This document shows, piece by piece, positions 37,871-50,632 of a DNA stretch of 64,000 bases. The DNA comes from Tubiluchus corallicola. Lineage: Eukaryota > Animalia > Priapulida. Each line of letters begins with the position of its first letter. Positions within the stretch are counted from its first letter, which is position 1. The stretch is taken from assembly GCA_030141605.1 (NCBI GenBank), contig JAQGDQ010000314.1:1-64000 (forward strand). The letters are read 5' to 3'. The notes beneath the pieces were generated by a model. It did no database searches and was not told where the DNA came from. It saw nothing but the letters and a program-made list of their open reading frames with translations. Both the position numbers and the translations under genes were made by a program.

Positions 37871-39204
37871 TGTAAGGACCCAGGTTAAATCATAGAGTCG
37901 TACTTTAACCTGCAGATAAACATTAAGCTTTATTTTCGTATTCTGACACCAGCTTTTCTTTACTTATGTTCACTAAGTGTAAATTGTTTCTAGATTGTTA
38001 TGATCAACTAGGTACTATTTGTTAGTTTAGGCAATGTTAGTCCCCCCCCCCCCAGTTGGGTTGACTATTTGTTAGTTTAGGCAATGTTAGTCCCCCCCCC
38101 CAGTTGGGTTGAACGTGTAACTGTACGTTTGTGCATTTAATCGGATTGAAGCCAAACGCATTGATTTCTGTACGTTCGTGACACAGATTTCACCGACAGG
38201 ATATGCAACTTGACTTTGGTTGGTTAAACTGCGTGTTTACGTTTTACCTGATTGTCCATTAGCTGACGCTTGAAAAGCTAATAATCTATTTGTGGTGGTG
38301 GAAGATGTCCACTCATTGGTTTACGTGGCTTTGCTGATTTTACCATGCCGTGAAGATGTCATTTCGGATCATGTGAGAGCACCGTCGTGCAGTTGGAAAG
38401 GTGCCCAGCTCGATAGTCTACCGAATGGGACGGAGAAGTCGTCACCGCCTTTTATGGTGTTTTATGCCAATAAACCGGAAGGCAAAGGTACCTGTTTATT
38501 TACGTTATCGTTAATTGGCGCCAGAGGGAGAACTTGTTTTTGATGTGAATCACCGAGCGCATGTGTGCCTACAGCTCCGTTCACACGTCGCCCTTTTGAT
38601 AGACTTATGTTAAAACATTTAGCTACGTTTCTCTCAGACTTTTTGCGTCGTTATTGTGGGAGTCTGAACAATACTTTAGTCGTTCTAAAAGACTATGACC
38701 ACAAAAAACACTTGTCTGGAGTAGATGTTATGCTAGCGTACGCATTTTGGGGTGGCTGGTAGAGTAAGTAGGAACCCTTTAAATAGCTAGGAACACTATA
38801 ATTTTTGTATGTTTTGCCATTGCATTTATTTCACGCCATGCTGTTTAGTGGCGTTTTCAGATTTACTTTTGCTTATTACTAATTTTCATTGTTTACAAAG
38901 AGCTCAGCTATACAACTGTTTTTGTTTGTGTCATTAAACTTAATAATTTGTCATTTATTCGACTGGTTACAGTTTGGTTTTTGAGGTATAGATGGAAAGC
39001 CTGTTTTTAATCAATCCCACCACAAAAGAATCCATGCTATTTAGGTAGAGCCCCCGCTACGTCTGCCTACGCTCAACTACTGTCTGTTTCCTTTAGTGGG
39101 CAGTCGGTTAGTACCCCTAGCTCGGCCAAGGAACTGATCGAACTTAGCAGCGACTACCATTAATTGGCCCCTATGGTCTGCCCCTGTATGCACGGGCCAT
39201 TACA
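37871..39204 (+). mobile_element. Solo LTR, 1334 bp
   Basis: TGTAAGGACCC...GGGCCATTACA termini, exact 5-bp TSD GTGTT (37866-37870, 39205-39209), TATA-like TTTAAATA near 38778 and ATTAAA near 38933, plus an internal duplication of about 50 bp at 38014-38113. Confidence 0.8.
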
Positions 39205-39521
39205 GTGTTTTCTGGTTTTCTCTACAAGCCTTCCGAGAGAAACAAAACACAACACACACATTAAAACTTTATTTGCCAGATAAAACAGATGAAAACAATG
39301 TAATCATTGCAAATTCAATATTCAATGATAAGGTTTTAAAACCAACACTGCTTAATGGCAAATGCGTCTGGTGCAAAAAACACTGCAGTGGTATAGTAGT
39401 AATTCCACAAAGTGCAAGTTAAAATATTAAAATTATAAGTACATGCAATAAGTAAAAAGACGCACAGATGGACTCACATCATAACATACTTGTGTTATTT
39501 TGATGCAATTATTTCTATAAT

Positions 39522-40090
39522 AAAACTATAGAGTGCGCTCAGTAGTAGGAAGCAGATCTCTGCAAAGCCGAACAATCCTAAATTTATCCGTATGATTCTT
39601 TTGTCAGTAATTCACTAATATTCCACATAGTATATATCTACTGTCCTTTAACCGTTAATTTTGACAATGGTATTAAATAGACTGGCTTAGTTTTATATGT
39701 TTATTTGCAAAGTTTATAAGGATTATACGTTAATAAGCAAAGATTATAGACTGTGTTACAGGGTTTTCCAAGCGAGAATTTCTCGAAATGGATTAGGAAC
39801 TAACTCGTAGTTGTTTGTCCTGGATGCGATAATAGAAAATAAGTGCTAAACACTCCCTCTGAGACCGCCAAGACGTGCTTCACGAGTTTGCGGTATTCGG
39901 TCAAATTTTGCAAAAAAGGAACGAGTGAAAAAACGCCCATTTTGGCAGCTTATACCCGCGTTCTCCACAAAGTTTCGCGGAAATCTGTTAGATAGTTTTT
40001 GCGTAATAGGCTTATTGCTAGAATAGACAAAAAACAACCAAATTATCAGACAAACTCTGTTGAATCAGAACTTCTTTGGCAGAGAGAAAA
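39522..40090 (+). mobile_element. Possible Helentron-associated (HINE/DINE-1-like) non-autonomous element
   Basis: Subterminal inverted motifs CTCTGCAAAG (about 39558) and CTTTGGCAGAG (about 40074), with an ACAA-rich tract before the 3' end. The class assignment is resemblance only. Confidence 0.3.
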
Positions 40091-41519
40091 ATAACTAAAA
40101 TAATTATCCCTTATCCTGAACTCATATTTTAATAAGTGCGCCACTGTTTATTGTTCCATTATCAACGTGCCCTTTTTTCCTGTGCCACTTTTACCGTGCC
40201 ATTTTCTCCTATGCCCGTTTTACCTGTGCCGTTTTTCCTTACATTCGTGCTCAGCAGTTTTTGAGTAGATCGATTTCGAAAGCTGAAAATAAAATGCCAT
40301 TTTTAGGTCATCGGCCGTTGCTAGGCAACAAATTTTTACTGCCCAACTATGCTCAGACCTCCGCCAACTGTGAAAATTCCGTTGGATCAGTGACCTCCAA
40401 GGAATAACGTGAACCGACATGCAGATGCTGATAATGGGTCTTGGGTGAGCTGGCTGTCTGGGTCTAAATTAGGCCCTACTCTGAAGGCTGTCGTGTTAGT
40501 ATACACACTCGTGGATATTTTGTTGTGCACAGTATTGTTTTGCCTTTTCAGTGTATTGATCTTAACCACTTTTATTCGATATGATTTTTGCTAAAGTAAT
40601 AACTATTTTTTCTTAATTAATCAAACTAATATGGTTAAATTGCTGTGTCTGACAAAATTTGATGAACATTTACCTCGGTAATAAAAAAAACACCAAAGAG
40701 CCATCAGCAGTGACACATCTAGTCCTATTGCAAAAACATATTTTCTGCATTGACGCAGATTGTAGCTTTCACTTAAAATTATGTTAAATCAAAAAAACTT
40801 CTGTACCATTATACCATAACACCATTAAATTCATATTCGTGTGATACATTTAGTGCAGTAAATAGCAAGAAATGATAAAAGAGTAAAAAAGGGATCAAAT
40901 TAAATAAGTAGTAATATACTATCATTTGAAGTTAGATTCAGATACAATTACATTTGCATAGAAACATACAGATACAGGCATACTCGAAGCTTATTTAAAC
41001 TAAAAGTATAATTTCTGCATTGACACGGATTGTAATTTTAACCTAAAAACATTACTCTAAATGTCTGAGAAAATCAAAGTGATTGTCATAATTATATCGC
41101 CAGTGTTGCTTTAATTATGATTGTTCTTGTCGTTATCAGACACCCTCCCAAATGAATCAGAATCATTTTTCTTATACTTAATTAGCGCATTTGCTTCTCC
41201 ATATAGTCAAACTCTCTTCCTCAAATCATGCAAATCACCTAATTTTGTGTTTTTTTTGTCACTAAAATTGTGGCATCTACATAGCTTCTTGTAGAGGCGT
41301 AACATGCTGATGTAAAGTGCGTAAATAAAATTAATCAGCTTTTATTTCAAGTTAATTATGTTGCTAATATGAGGGTTACTTTAGGATTCACCCAAGGATA
41401 ATGGGTAATGCTTAATGCTTAAGGTAACCTAAGATACCAATTTCCAAGGATCTGGTGGTCCCATTTACTAATACTACATGTTGTTATTTTTCACAAAATT
41501 AATGCGTGTGTTTGGTGGA

Positions 41520-41640
41520 AAAACAAACGGTACCAGTTTAAGAACTTTAATTGGTATGACTTAATTGGCCTTGAACCTACGTTCTAGCAGACAGAAAAAA
41601 CTGACCACTATACCAATGAGCCGTATCACCCCAACAGCCG
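41520..41640 (-). mobile_element. Degraded tRNA-derived SINE head
   Basis: The minus strand has an A-box-like TGGTATAGTGG followed by a B-box-like GGTTCAAGGCC; no intact cloverleaf. Confidence 0.4.
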
Positions 41641-41884
41641 TATCACCTTCCTCCCCCAGAGAAAAAATATTGGGATAATTATAGTCTGTTTTAAATGTAA
41701 ATGTAGTGCTGAGCCAGAGGTTATTGCAACATTAATTTTCATGAATATAAAACAACAATATGATTATGAAAATCATTGAATCCATGCCACCACTAGCAAA
41801 ATGCAAAAAGTTTTCTGGTTGCTAAGTTAATATTACTATAAAAGCTCCTCGTCTAAAACTGGAATGTAACTTCAATGTTCACAA

Positions 41885-43059
41885 ACTTGGAGAGTAAGTG
41901 AAGTGGTCGCAAGTAATCGCTGGAAGTAGCAGCGGACAAGGTGCGTTTTATATGCTGGTTATATGCGACTGTATGGAAACTACAGGATGTCGGCGCACGT
42001 TTTAATGTCGTCTTTCTTGGCTTGGTATTGTTGTAATCTGTATGAAAAATATTGAGAATCCATAGTCTATTTGCGGATAAACAGATAAACTAATTTGCAG
42101 ATTATTATGAGTTTTAGTTAATAGTTACTGCCATACTTCATTTGGTTTTTGTTAAGGTTCATTATTTTAACGCTTTACTTTGTTTTGGAGATGCAAGGCT
42201 TAGTTGTCAAAAGCCCGAAATAACAATCAATCTCTGACTTGCATCTTAGGCCTTTTCGCTATTTCTTTTTCTGGAATTGTTCTATATTAACATATTTCTA
42301 ATTATATATATATAATTTCAACATGTATTTAAATTTTTATTCATCAACTGACTACATGCTGTAAATCATGACTAGGTAGGTGTGAATACCAGTTAAGTCT
42401 TATGTCTGGTAAAGACTAAGTAAAGGTGTTAACGTTTGAACTCTGTAGGCATATCCTACTAATTTTAGATCATGGAGTTACAAAACCACAAGTAACTGAA
42501 GTTTGAAGCCTAAGTTAGAAATTGGATTAGAAAGTCTTAAAAAGTTTTTCACCTCCACTTGAATCGAAACCTAAGCAGTCTGTTTTCTAAGCAGCAAATA
42601 AGCTATTACACCGCAGCGGTACTCGGAGTGTTCAGACTGAAATAAGCTGTTAGAAGTATTGGAATGGGGAATCACAGCCAACACCGTATCAAGACAGTGT
42701 GAAATCAATCATATAAAAAGTGAACGCAAAGTATTTTCTTAATTTATTAACGTTGAGTCAAACTTTTTGCTGTTGTTTAGTTTTTACTAAATTTCCCAAT
42801 TCTTTGTTTTTGTGCTGTTTTTTTCAACATGATTTTCAATTCAATATCTAAAGCTGGTTTCTTGTGTTGACATTGGTATATTTTATTGTTTGCAGGTCAA
42901 ACTCAGTCATGTGATAAAGGGCTAACAAACTTTTTATGAAGAGACTTATACAAGTGTTAAATGTGTCCTAATTTCGTCACTACCGCCAAAGATTTTATTG
43001 CCGGGATACGTCATCAACTGAGTTGAAAACCTGTGCAAGTGCAATTCACTGCTGGAAAC
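41885..43059 (+). other. Candidate ISY1 5' non-coding exon and intron
   Basis: A GC-richer patch ends in the donor-like ACAAG|GTGCGT (41940/41941), and a strong acceptor TTTTATTGTTTGCAG near 42895 lies upstream of the ISY1 ATG. Splice signals only. Confidence 0.35.
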
Positions 43060-45213
43060 ATGGTGAGTGACATTAATTTACGCAATGTTTTGCAATATTG
43101 CAACAGCAGCACTGGAATAGAGAAGACTATGCACAGTCAAGCTTCTGGTAAGAAGTGATGTATTTTTGCAGGTAACCTGACTAACCTCAGCCCTTGTGTG
43201 GTTCAGTTTACTCTTTCAGCACAGTGGCTTTGCTCGGCAAGCCTTTCGACCCTCTTTTTACTGTAGAATTTCACTCAGTTGCACTAAATATATAAAAAAG
43301 TGTATTTTTTTAGTAGCAACTAGGAAATGCAGGATTTGAAAATTTCAGCAGTTATTGCTTTATTACAAGCACGTCTGTTCTAAAACAAAAGATGCAGATT
43401 TGCCTAACAGGAAGGTATACTTACCCATTATTATTATCCAAAATTTATCTATATCACTGGGAAACTATAACAACTGCATTTGCAATTATAAAAATGTTTA
43501 TGGTTTTCGTCATTCTTGTTTTTTTCTTTTCAGGCAAGGAATTCTGAAAAGGCTATGTGAGTAATGCCATTGATGTGTTTTGCATAATTAGTTGTTAGTA
43601 ATAGTAATTAGCTTTTTACTTGGAAGGTCATAGTGTGTGTTTTCACGACCGAAGTTAAGTTAAAAAATAATGTTGAGGCTGGTTGGTTGGTACTCAGTTG
43701 GAGGACTATTAGGACCAGATTATCCTATAAGCTGCACAGGGTCCCTCAAGGACATTTGGTAAAAATCTGTTTTTTGCTACAGTTGCTTTGAAATATGTGT
43801 TAATTTGGTTTCCAGTAAACAGTAAAATAATTATATTTCTTATTGTAAATAATATTTTTATTGACAAACGTAAGATAACTAATCTAGTTTATTTAAACAA
43901 ATTGCAATAAGCTTACTTCAAGCTATGAAAATATTGCTAAAATGTATCATAAATAAAAATATCTAAGACGAGTGTGAACGAGTTATGGAATGGTGTGTTC
44001 TGAGGGGCCCTGTAATTTCATTAACCTTGAGGCCCCAAAAGGTTATAATATGGCTGTGGGACTGTCTTTAAAACTAGTACTTGCTATAAGGGGATTTGTA
44101 CTCATCCAATAAGGGGATTTCTACTCATCCAAAAACATGGTTAGGATACCTGTACTGCTTCAATTTCTCATCATATAAACCAACTACATTTGAATATTTT
44201 GCATTAGATTGCATTCAATTCTGAAAAAAACATGGCAAATGTACCTTACTGTTTTTAATGGGTTTGTTTGAACATAAACAATTTGAAACTTTGTGTGACA
44301 TTAAAATTGTGTAGATTTGTTTGATTTTGTATAAATTTATTGATTATTTATGGCAGGACTGCATTGGCTCGATGGAGAGCAGCTCAGATAGCAGAAGCTC
44401 GTGGTGAACAGGTAGTTTATTTTTAAACCCATTATGTCACCAAATCATCTCATCAGTGCCTTTAAGTTGTGGGTGGTTTTACGATGGTTTCATAGCAAAG
44501 TGGTTTCGACTGCTTGGGTTTTGTACTCACTGGAGGTGGTTTCATTAACGTTGTTGATTCTGGCGGCTTATCTTGTAAGGGGAAAAATGTATATGTGTTA
44601 TATCCACCCAAATGTGTGTGACACTTCTGCTGGTTCAGCGGCTCAGTTTAGTGGGATATCCTTGATAATGAGCCAGGTGCTAGTCACGTCAAAAATACTG
44701 TGTTCAGTAAGTCGTGGCAATTGAATACTGAATTATGGTTTACAGGTGTGCAGTTGCATGTTATTTGTGATTTTTTGAAAACCGGAACACCCGAGTGGTC
44801 ATAGGATGTGCTTAGCAACCAAAATTTATTGGTGCTAGGCCAGGTTAAGTAGGAATATGACAGCCAAAAAATCACTTTACACTGCTGCCAGTTTAGTATT
44901 TCATGTTAGAACATTATCCTTGATAATGAGATAGGTTCTAGTCTTACCACAACCATTTACATTAAAGTTAGCTGCTGCCAATTCATGAGTGTTTGATACA
45001 TTGCCTTGCAGTGTGCTAATATGTATAAAGGCATTTATAATGCGTCTATAATACCATCATATGCCAGACTTTTCAACAATGCCAAAAATTATTTACACTT
45101 ATTCAGCTTATTTGGAAATCCATGTATATTTACTTACACTATGTTTTTTTATAATCATTAATTCTTTATCTTATTAAAATAATAAATTATGTGAAAGTGT
45201 ATAAATGTAAATG

Positions 45214-45250
<37 letters not shown>

Positions 45251-48200
45251 CATGCGTATTATATGTATTCTATGAAGTTTTACTTACAAATAAAAAGTTT
45301 TGCTTACTTACAATTGTAAAAATTATGATGGTAAAGTGTCCTGATGTAATTTTGGAAGTCTGATTTAAAAAATCATGATAAAATGAAGACGAAAATTGCA
45401 AATTTATTTTGGTTTTTCCCATCCACTGTCTGAAACTGCAAATTTATAATTGGAGTTAGCTGCATTTTAGCAAAAAACATTTAAATTAAAATGTACTTTA
45501 ATTTTTTACTTGAATGTACTTTAGTTTAAATATTTGCAGGAGAGGCGCCCATTTATAGCCTCAGATTGTGACAGTTTGCCCAAATCAGAAAGATGGAGAC
45601 GTCAAATAATTGGGGAAATCTCACGCAAAGTGGCACAGATTCAGAATGGTAAGCGTGATTTACTGCCATTAATTTTTTTATATAATTATAAAAAACTTCT
45701 TATGACTAAACTAAAAACTTTGACATTAGGTTCAAAGTCTTTTATAACTTGTAGCCATAATTGTAGAAATGACCTTTATGTTTCTGCATTTAGCCGGATT
45801 GGGCGAGTTTCGTATACGAGATTTGAATGACGAGATTAACAAGCTTCTCCGGGAGAAGGGTCACTGGGAAGCACACATCAAAGAACTAGGAGGTCCAGAT
45901 TATTCCCGCGTTGGACCGAAAATGTTGGACCAAGAGGGAAAAGAAGTGCCGGGCAGTAAAGGTTACAAGTAAGTGCTATGATCATGTTGTAGTGGGATGT
46001 TAGGTAGAGTCTAATAAATGATATTGATCAAAAAAATTAATTTTGTTTTCTACCAATATCTATTTTGTATTGTATTTCATATAGTCGAATAGCTTGTGTT
46101 GTCTCTATATAAAAATTTGACCTAAACTTTTTGAATTAATTTGATTTTATCCTTTTTAGACATATTGCCTGTTTACCTGTGAACCATAAAAATCTGACAA
46201 TAATTTACATTTTATCAAATAATTTTTGTATAAGGAAAACATTTCTTTAGAAAATCACATACATAATTTGGTGGTAAAATGAGTATGGATAAAACTTAAG
46301 AGAAGTAATAGAGTTACCTGATAGCTGAAGTACTTTTAAAACTGCACATTTTTTTGAATGTTATATGCATTTTGTTGCAGCAATTTTCATTGGTAGTTAT
46401 TGGCAATCACCTAAAGATTTGACAACAATTTCTATGACATTTTCTTGTCAATTAGTGAAATACTTGTGTACTTTGATACAGCTGGGTGAAAGTTTATGAT
46501 ACACGAACAGTTTGTTTGTATCATTTGCATTGCAAGCCAGGGTTAAAGCAGCTTTTAAAATGAATTAAACTGATTTGTATCACTTTGTCTTGTTTCAGTT
46601 TCTTTCTGCATCTAAAGTTTATTTCTTCTCACTAAGTTTTATTGCTCTTGTGACTCTTTCGGATTAAATATTGAGATCTATTACATTGTTGTAGTTTGAA
46701 CCCACCAACCCTGAGATTAAGGAATGGCAAATTATCATCTTTTTCAGGTATTTTGGAGCTGCTAAAGATCTGCCAGGCGTCCGTGAACTCTTTGAACAGG
46801 AACCACCAAAACCTCCACGGAAAACTCGGGCTGAGCTGATGAAGGATATTGATGCCGATTACTACGGTTACCGTGATGATGATGATGGCCTGCTGATACC
46901 GTTAGAACAGGAGCAAGAAAACAAAGGTAAAGCTGCTGGTAATTATTCTGTCTGTTTTCGAAGATTAAATATGTGCCCCTATTGTTAATGTTCTATCGTT
47001 TCTCAAAGATTATAGATGCCCCTGTGGTTAATGTTATATCGTTTCTCAAAGATTAGAGATGCCCCTGTGGTTAATGTTATATCGTTTCTCAAAGATTAGA
47101 GATGCCCCTGTGGTTGATGTTCTGTCTCTTCTCAAAGATTAGAGATGCCCCTGTGGTTAATGTTCTATCGTTTCTCAAAGATTAGAGATGCCCCCGTGGT
47201 TAATGTTCTGTCGTTTCTCAAAGATTAGAGATGCCCCCGTGGTTAATGTTCTGTCATTTCTCAAAGATTAGAGATGCCCCTGTGGTTAATGTTCTATCGT
47301 TTCTCAAAGATTAGAGATGCCCCCGTGGTTAATGTTCTGTCGTTTCTCAAAGATTAGAGATGCCCCTGTGGTTAATGTTATATCGTTTCTCAAAGATTAG
47401 AGATGCCCCCGTGGTTGATGTTCTGTCTCTTCTCAAAGATTAGAGATGCCCCTGTGGTTAATGTTCTATCGTTTCTCAAAGATTAGAGATGCCCCCGTGG
47501 TTAATGTTCTGTCGTTTCTCAAAGATTAGAGATGCCCCCATGGTTAATGTTCTGTCATTTCTCAAAGATTAGAGATGCCCCTGTGGTTAATGTTCTATCG
47601 TTTCTCAAAGATTAGAGATGCCCCCGTGGTTAATGTTCTGTCGTTTCTCAAAGATTAGAGATGCCCCCGTGGTTAATGTTCTGTTGTTTCTCAAAGATTA
47701 GAGATGCCCCTATGATTAATGTTCTGCCTGTTCTCAAAGATTAGAGATGCTCCTGTGGTTAATGTTCTGCCTGTTCTCAAAGATTAGAGATGCTCCTGTG
47801 GTTAATGTTCTATCGTTTCTCAAAGATTAGAGATGCCCCTATGGTTAATGTTCTGCCTGTTCTCAAAGATTAGAGATGCCCCCGTGGTTAATGTTCTGTC
47901 TGTTCTCAAAGATTGAAGATGCCCATGTGGTTAAATCAATAAAGGTGTCAGTTTTGCTGTCTTTAACTAAGCTTGAGTGAGGCCAGAGAATGTTGTAAGC
48001 ATAACGTAAATACAAGAATCGCTGGCTCAGGCTTAGTATTAAGTAGTGCATGAATGAAGTTTAGTGGGGCACGTATCATTCTTTCTGTTCATATTTTTTA
48101 CTCAATTTGTGGAGAGGAGGACCATATGCATCCGCTTGTCTGTTGCTCTCATCTTAAAAGTGACAGCTGAGAGTTTTTCTTGTAATTCCATTACTTGCTC

Positions 48201-50632
48201 ATTCCCTGAGCCCGAAAGATTGCTTAGTTCAGCATAGCTAGGTGGTCTGCCTTGCCCTGGGTGGTCCAGTACTTGTAGCATTGTTTGCAACACCACAATA
48301 TGATAGTTAAATAGCTGACTAGGAGTGCGTAGATGGTGTGAACTGAATGCCCGTGATCTGAAGTAACTAAATACTAAAATCTTCAGCTTGCTACACTTCA
48401 TGGCAATGTATATTCACAACAGAAAAATATATTTTTATATATATGTGTGTGCTGGCAATTTATCTACAGGAATTTTTGTACATATTCTTATTTACTCATT
48501 GCTACCGCATCACTTTTTAAACTAAATTTTTATTCTTTTGTGTCTTGCCTTCAGTTTTTTTCTATTGCACTTTTAGTTTTGTTTAAATTGTACATATAAT
48601 GTCTGTGACATGTAATGACAAATGATCGATCTTGACAATTATTGTAGCTATAGCCGTTGCAGTGGCGGAGTGGACAGAACAAAAAGAGGCAGGACTGATC
48701 GATGCAGAACAGGGAGAGGAGGAAAATATTTATTCTGTTCAGTCAGATCATGAGGTAAACAAATATTCACCGTCATTGTCTGTTGTGCTATAATACTATA
48801 TGAAATTAATTTTGTTACCAAGTGTTGTTGTGGTTGGCTGTAATTTCTTAGCCACGTACATATTGATAAGGTCACACACTCGTATCTCGGTTTGCCAGAC
48901 TTCGCTTTTATGGATAGCGGAACAATCGCATAGAATCTGGACGGTTAAATCGCACAAAATCTGGACGGCCCGCATATTATAGATGCAGTCCGTTGTTTTG
49001 CGAGCTGGCCACTAGTTGGCAGGCTGTCACTTTGTTTACATCATTACATCAGTGTAACCACATGTATATCTCTATTTATAAAAATATGGAATCGATTATG
49101 CTAAGTTATTTGAGTCAATTACCGATAGTTTTTATGTGCTTTTGCATAGGAATGGCCTGTACTAGACGTTTTTGAGACAATTAGGTGATTGATTCTACCA
49201 TACCTTGAGCCTACTGTATTAGCTTAGCATCAGTAAATACAGACAATCGGCGAATTCGGACCTACGTCTCCCCGCTTTTATCCAGCAAACCGAGATTTGA
49301 GTGTACAGTCAAGCCTCATTATAATGCCCCACTTTATAATGCCAACCTTGTTTAATGCCCAAATTTATGTCTGTTATTTACACAGATATGCATGTGTTAA
49401 TACCTTCATTATGACGCCAAACTCGCTTAATGCCACCGTTTTCTAGATCCCAAAGTGGACAGTATAAGGAGCTTTGACTGTATATCCGCATGATCAAATA
49501 TTAGCTTTTCAAATTACACAAAATGAAAAATGTATATGTATAATGATCATACATGTCATTAATGTTATACAGTTGTAAATACTTGCTTAACTTTGTACTA
49601 TTTGAAAATAATTAAAATTTCTTTAATTGGTACATCATCAACTTAAACTTAAAAAATAAAAATTGAAAAGATTGCAAAGAAGCAAATCATGTAGTATAAA
49701 CATTAGTCAATGCTAATGTGAATGTAGATTATTAGTATGAGGGAAAATGTTTGTAAATGACGTGTTAATGAAACATGGGTTGGAAGTCTAATTAAATGAT
49801 GACGATGTTCTTTTTACGTAGTCTGATGATGAGGCTGAACCAAGCACCTCAGACATACAGAAGCCGTTCAAAGCTCATGTTCCAGTTCCATCACAGAAAG
49901 AGGTAAGTCAGTATAAAATCAAAGTTTTTTTTGTATTAAAACAAGGGAGGGTGTTACAGCATTAAATGAGTTAAATACTGAAGAAAAATAGAAAAGGAAG
50001 TTATCAAAATTAAGCTCGAGATTCATTATATGTGGTTGTAATTTGCAGAGCATTTAAGTCAAAACCTTGGCTACTTGGTACTGCTTCAAGGGAAATGACT
50101 TTGTGGGATCTAATCGCTTGCAACATTCAGAAATGTTAAAATTGTTTTGTTTTGTTAAAAAACATAGTACTTCAAGTTTTGGTCTGAAATTCAGAAACCA
50201 ATTCTGCCTTTACTGGAACACAAAATGTGACAAAATTTGTAATAGTTTCCAGTGTGCAAAATTCTTGAGTTTTCAATACATCAATTTATAATCGTGCATT
50301 GAGCCAAATGTTACTCTGAATTAAAGTTGTTAATGCATCTAATTCGTTCTACCTTGATTTATAACAGGATTATTACATGTGGTAAAATATTTTGTGGAAA
50401 TGGTTAATGCACACAAGTAATTAGGCCATATAGATTCATACTTTAGCATGGTTTTAGTCAGAAATGTATCGCTGATTCACCATTAAGGTTGCAAGTTTTA
50501 ATGCTGCTTTATTTGTCCCAATAGGTGGAGGAAGCGTTGATCAGGCGCAAAAAAATGGAACTGTTACAGAAGTACGCAAGTGAATCTCTGCAACAGCAAA
50601 GCCAAGAAGCCAAAACTTTGTTGGGAGTCTGA
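43060..50632 (+). CDS. ISY1: Pre-mRNA splicing factor ISY1 (NTC/Prp19-associated), 9 coding exons, 279 aa
   Basis: Exons 43060-43062 (ATG only), 43534-43556, 44357-44411, 45540-45648, 45794-45968, 46748-46926, 48648-48754, 49822-49902, 50525-50632 have matching phases (840 nt). Translation: MARNSEKAMTALARWR...RRPFIASDC...[29 protein letters not shown]...GYKYFGAAKDLPGVRELFE...HVPVPSQKEVEEALIRRKKMELLQKYASE. Confidence 0.97.
45215..45242. repeat. (TG)n microsatellite
   Basis: Uninterrupted TG run. Confidence 0.9.
46960..47935. repeat. 43-bp minisatellite, about 22 copies, in ISY1 intron 6
   Basis: Head-to-tail unit CTCAAAGATTAGAGATGCCCCYGTGGTTAATGTTCTRTCGTTT with no unique spacers. Confidence 0.97.
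48876..49304. mobile_element. Non-autonomous DNA transposon (MITE)
   Basis: TIRs ACACTCGTATCTCGGTTTGCCAGA and TCCAGCAAACCGAGATTTGAGTGT; internal direct repeat AATCGCA....ATCTGGACGG twice. Confidence 0.75.
49306..49480. mobile_element. Short Tigger/pogo-like MITE abutting the previous element
   Basis: TA|CAGTCAAGCCTCATTATA...TATAAGGAGCTTTGACTG|TA with internal TAATGCC repeats. Confidence 0.75.

Larger units (their letters stand above)
37441..40245. mobile_element. Mutator(MULE)-like non-autonomous element hosting nested insertions
   Basis: Tandem GGTAAAATGGCAC-type motifs at 37452-37525 face inverted GTGCCATTTT/GTGCCACTTTTACC motifs at 40165-40240. The direct repeat CGTGCTCA flanks it (37433-37440, 40246-40253). 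The left terminus is degenerate and no transposase is recognisable. Confidence 0.6.

Noticed and set aside
37442-38762. GC-rich ORFs as a transposase or captured gene
   Set aside because: No recognisable domain in the frames I read; they lie within the MULE-like shell and the solo LTR.
41520-42625. tRNA genes
   Set aside because: Only degenerate A/B-box-like remnants consistent with SINE heads; no cloverleaf.
46960-47935. CRISPR-like regularly spaced repeats
   Set aside because: Units are head-to-tail with no unique spacers, there are no cas genes, and the array lies in a eukaryotic intron.
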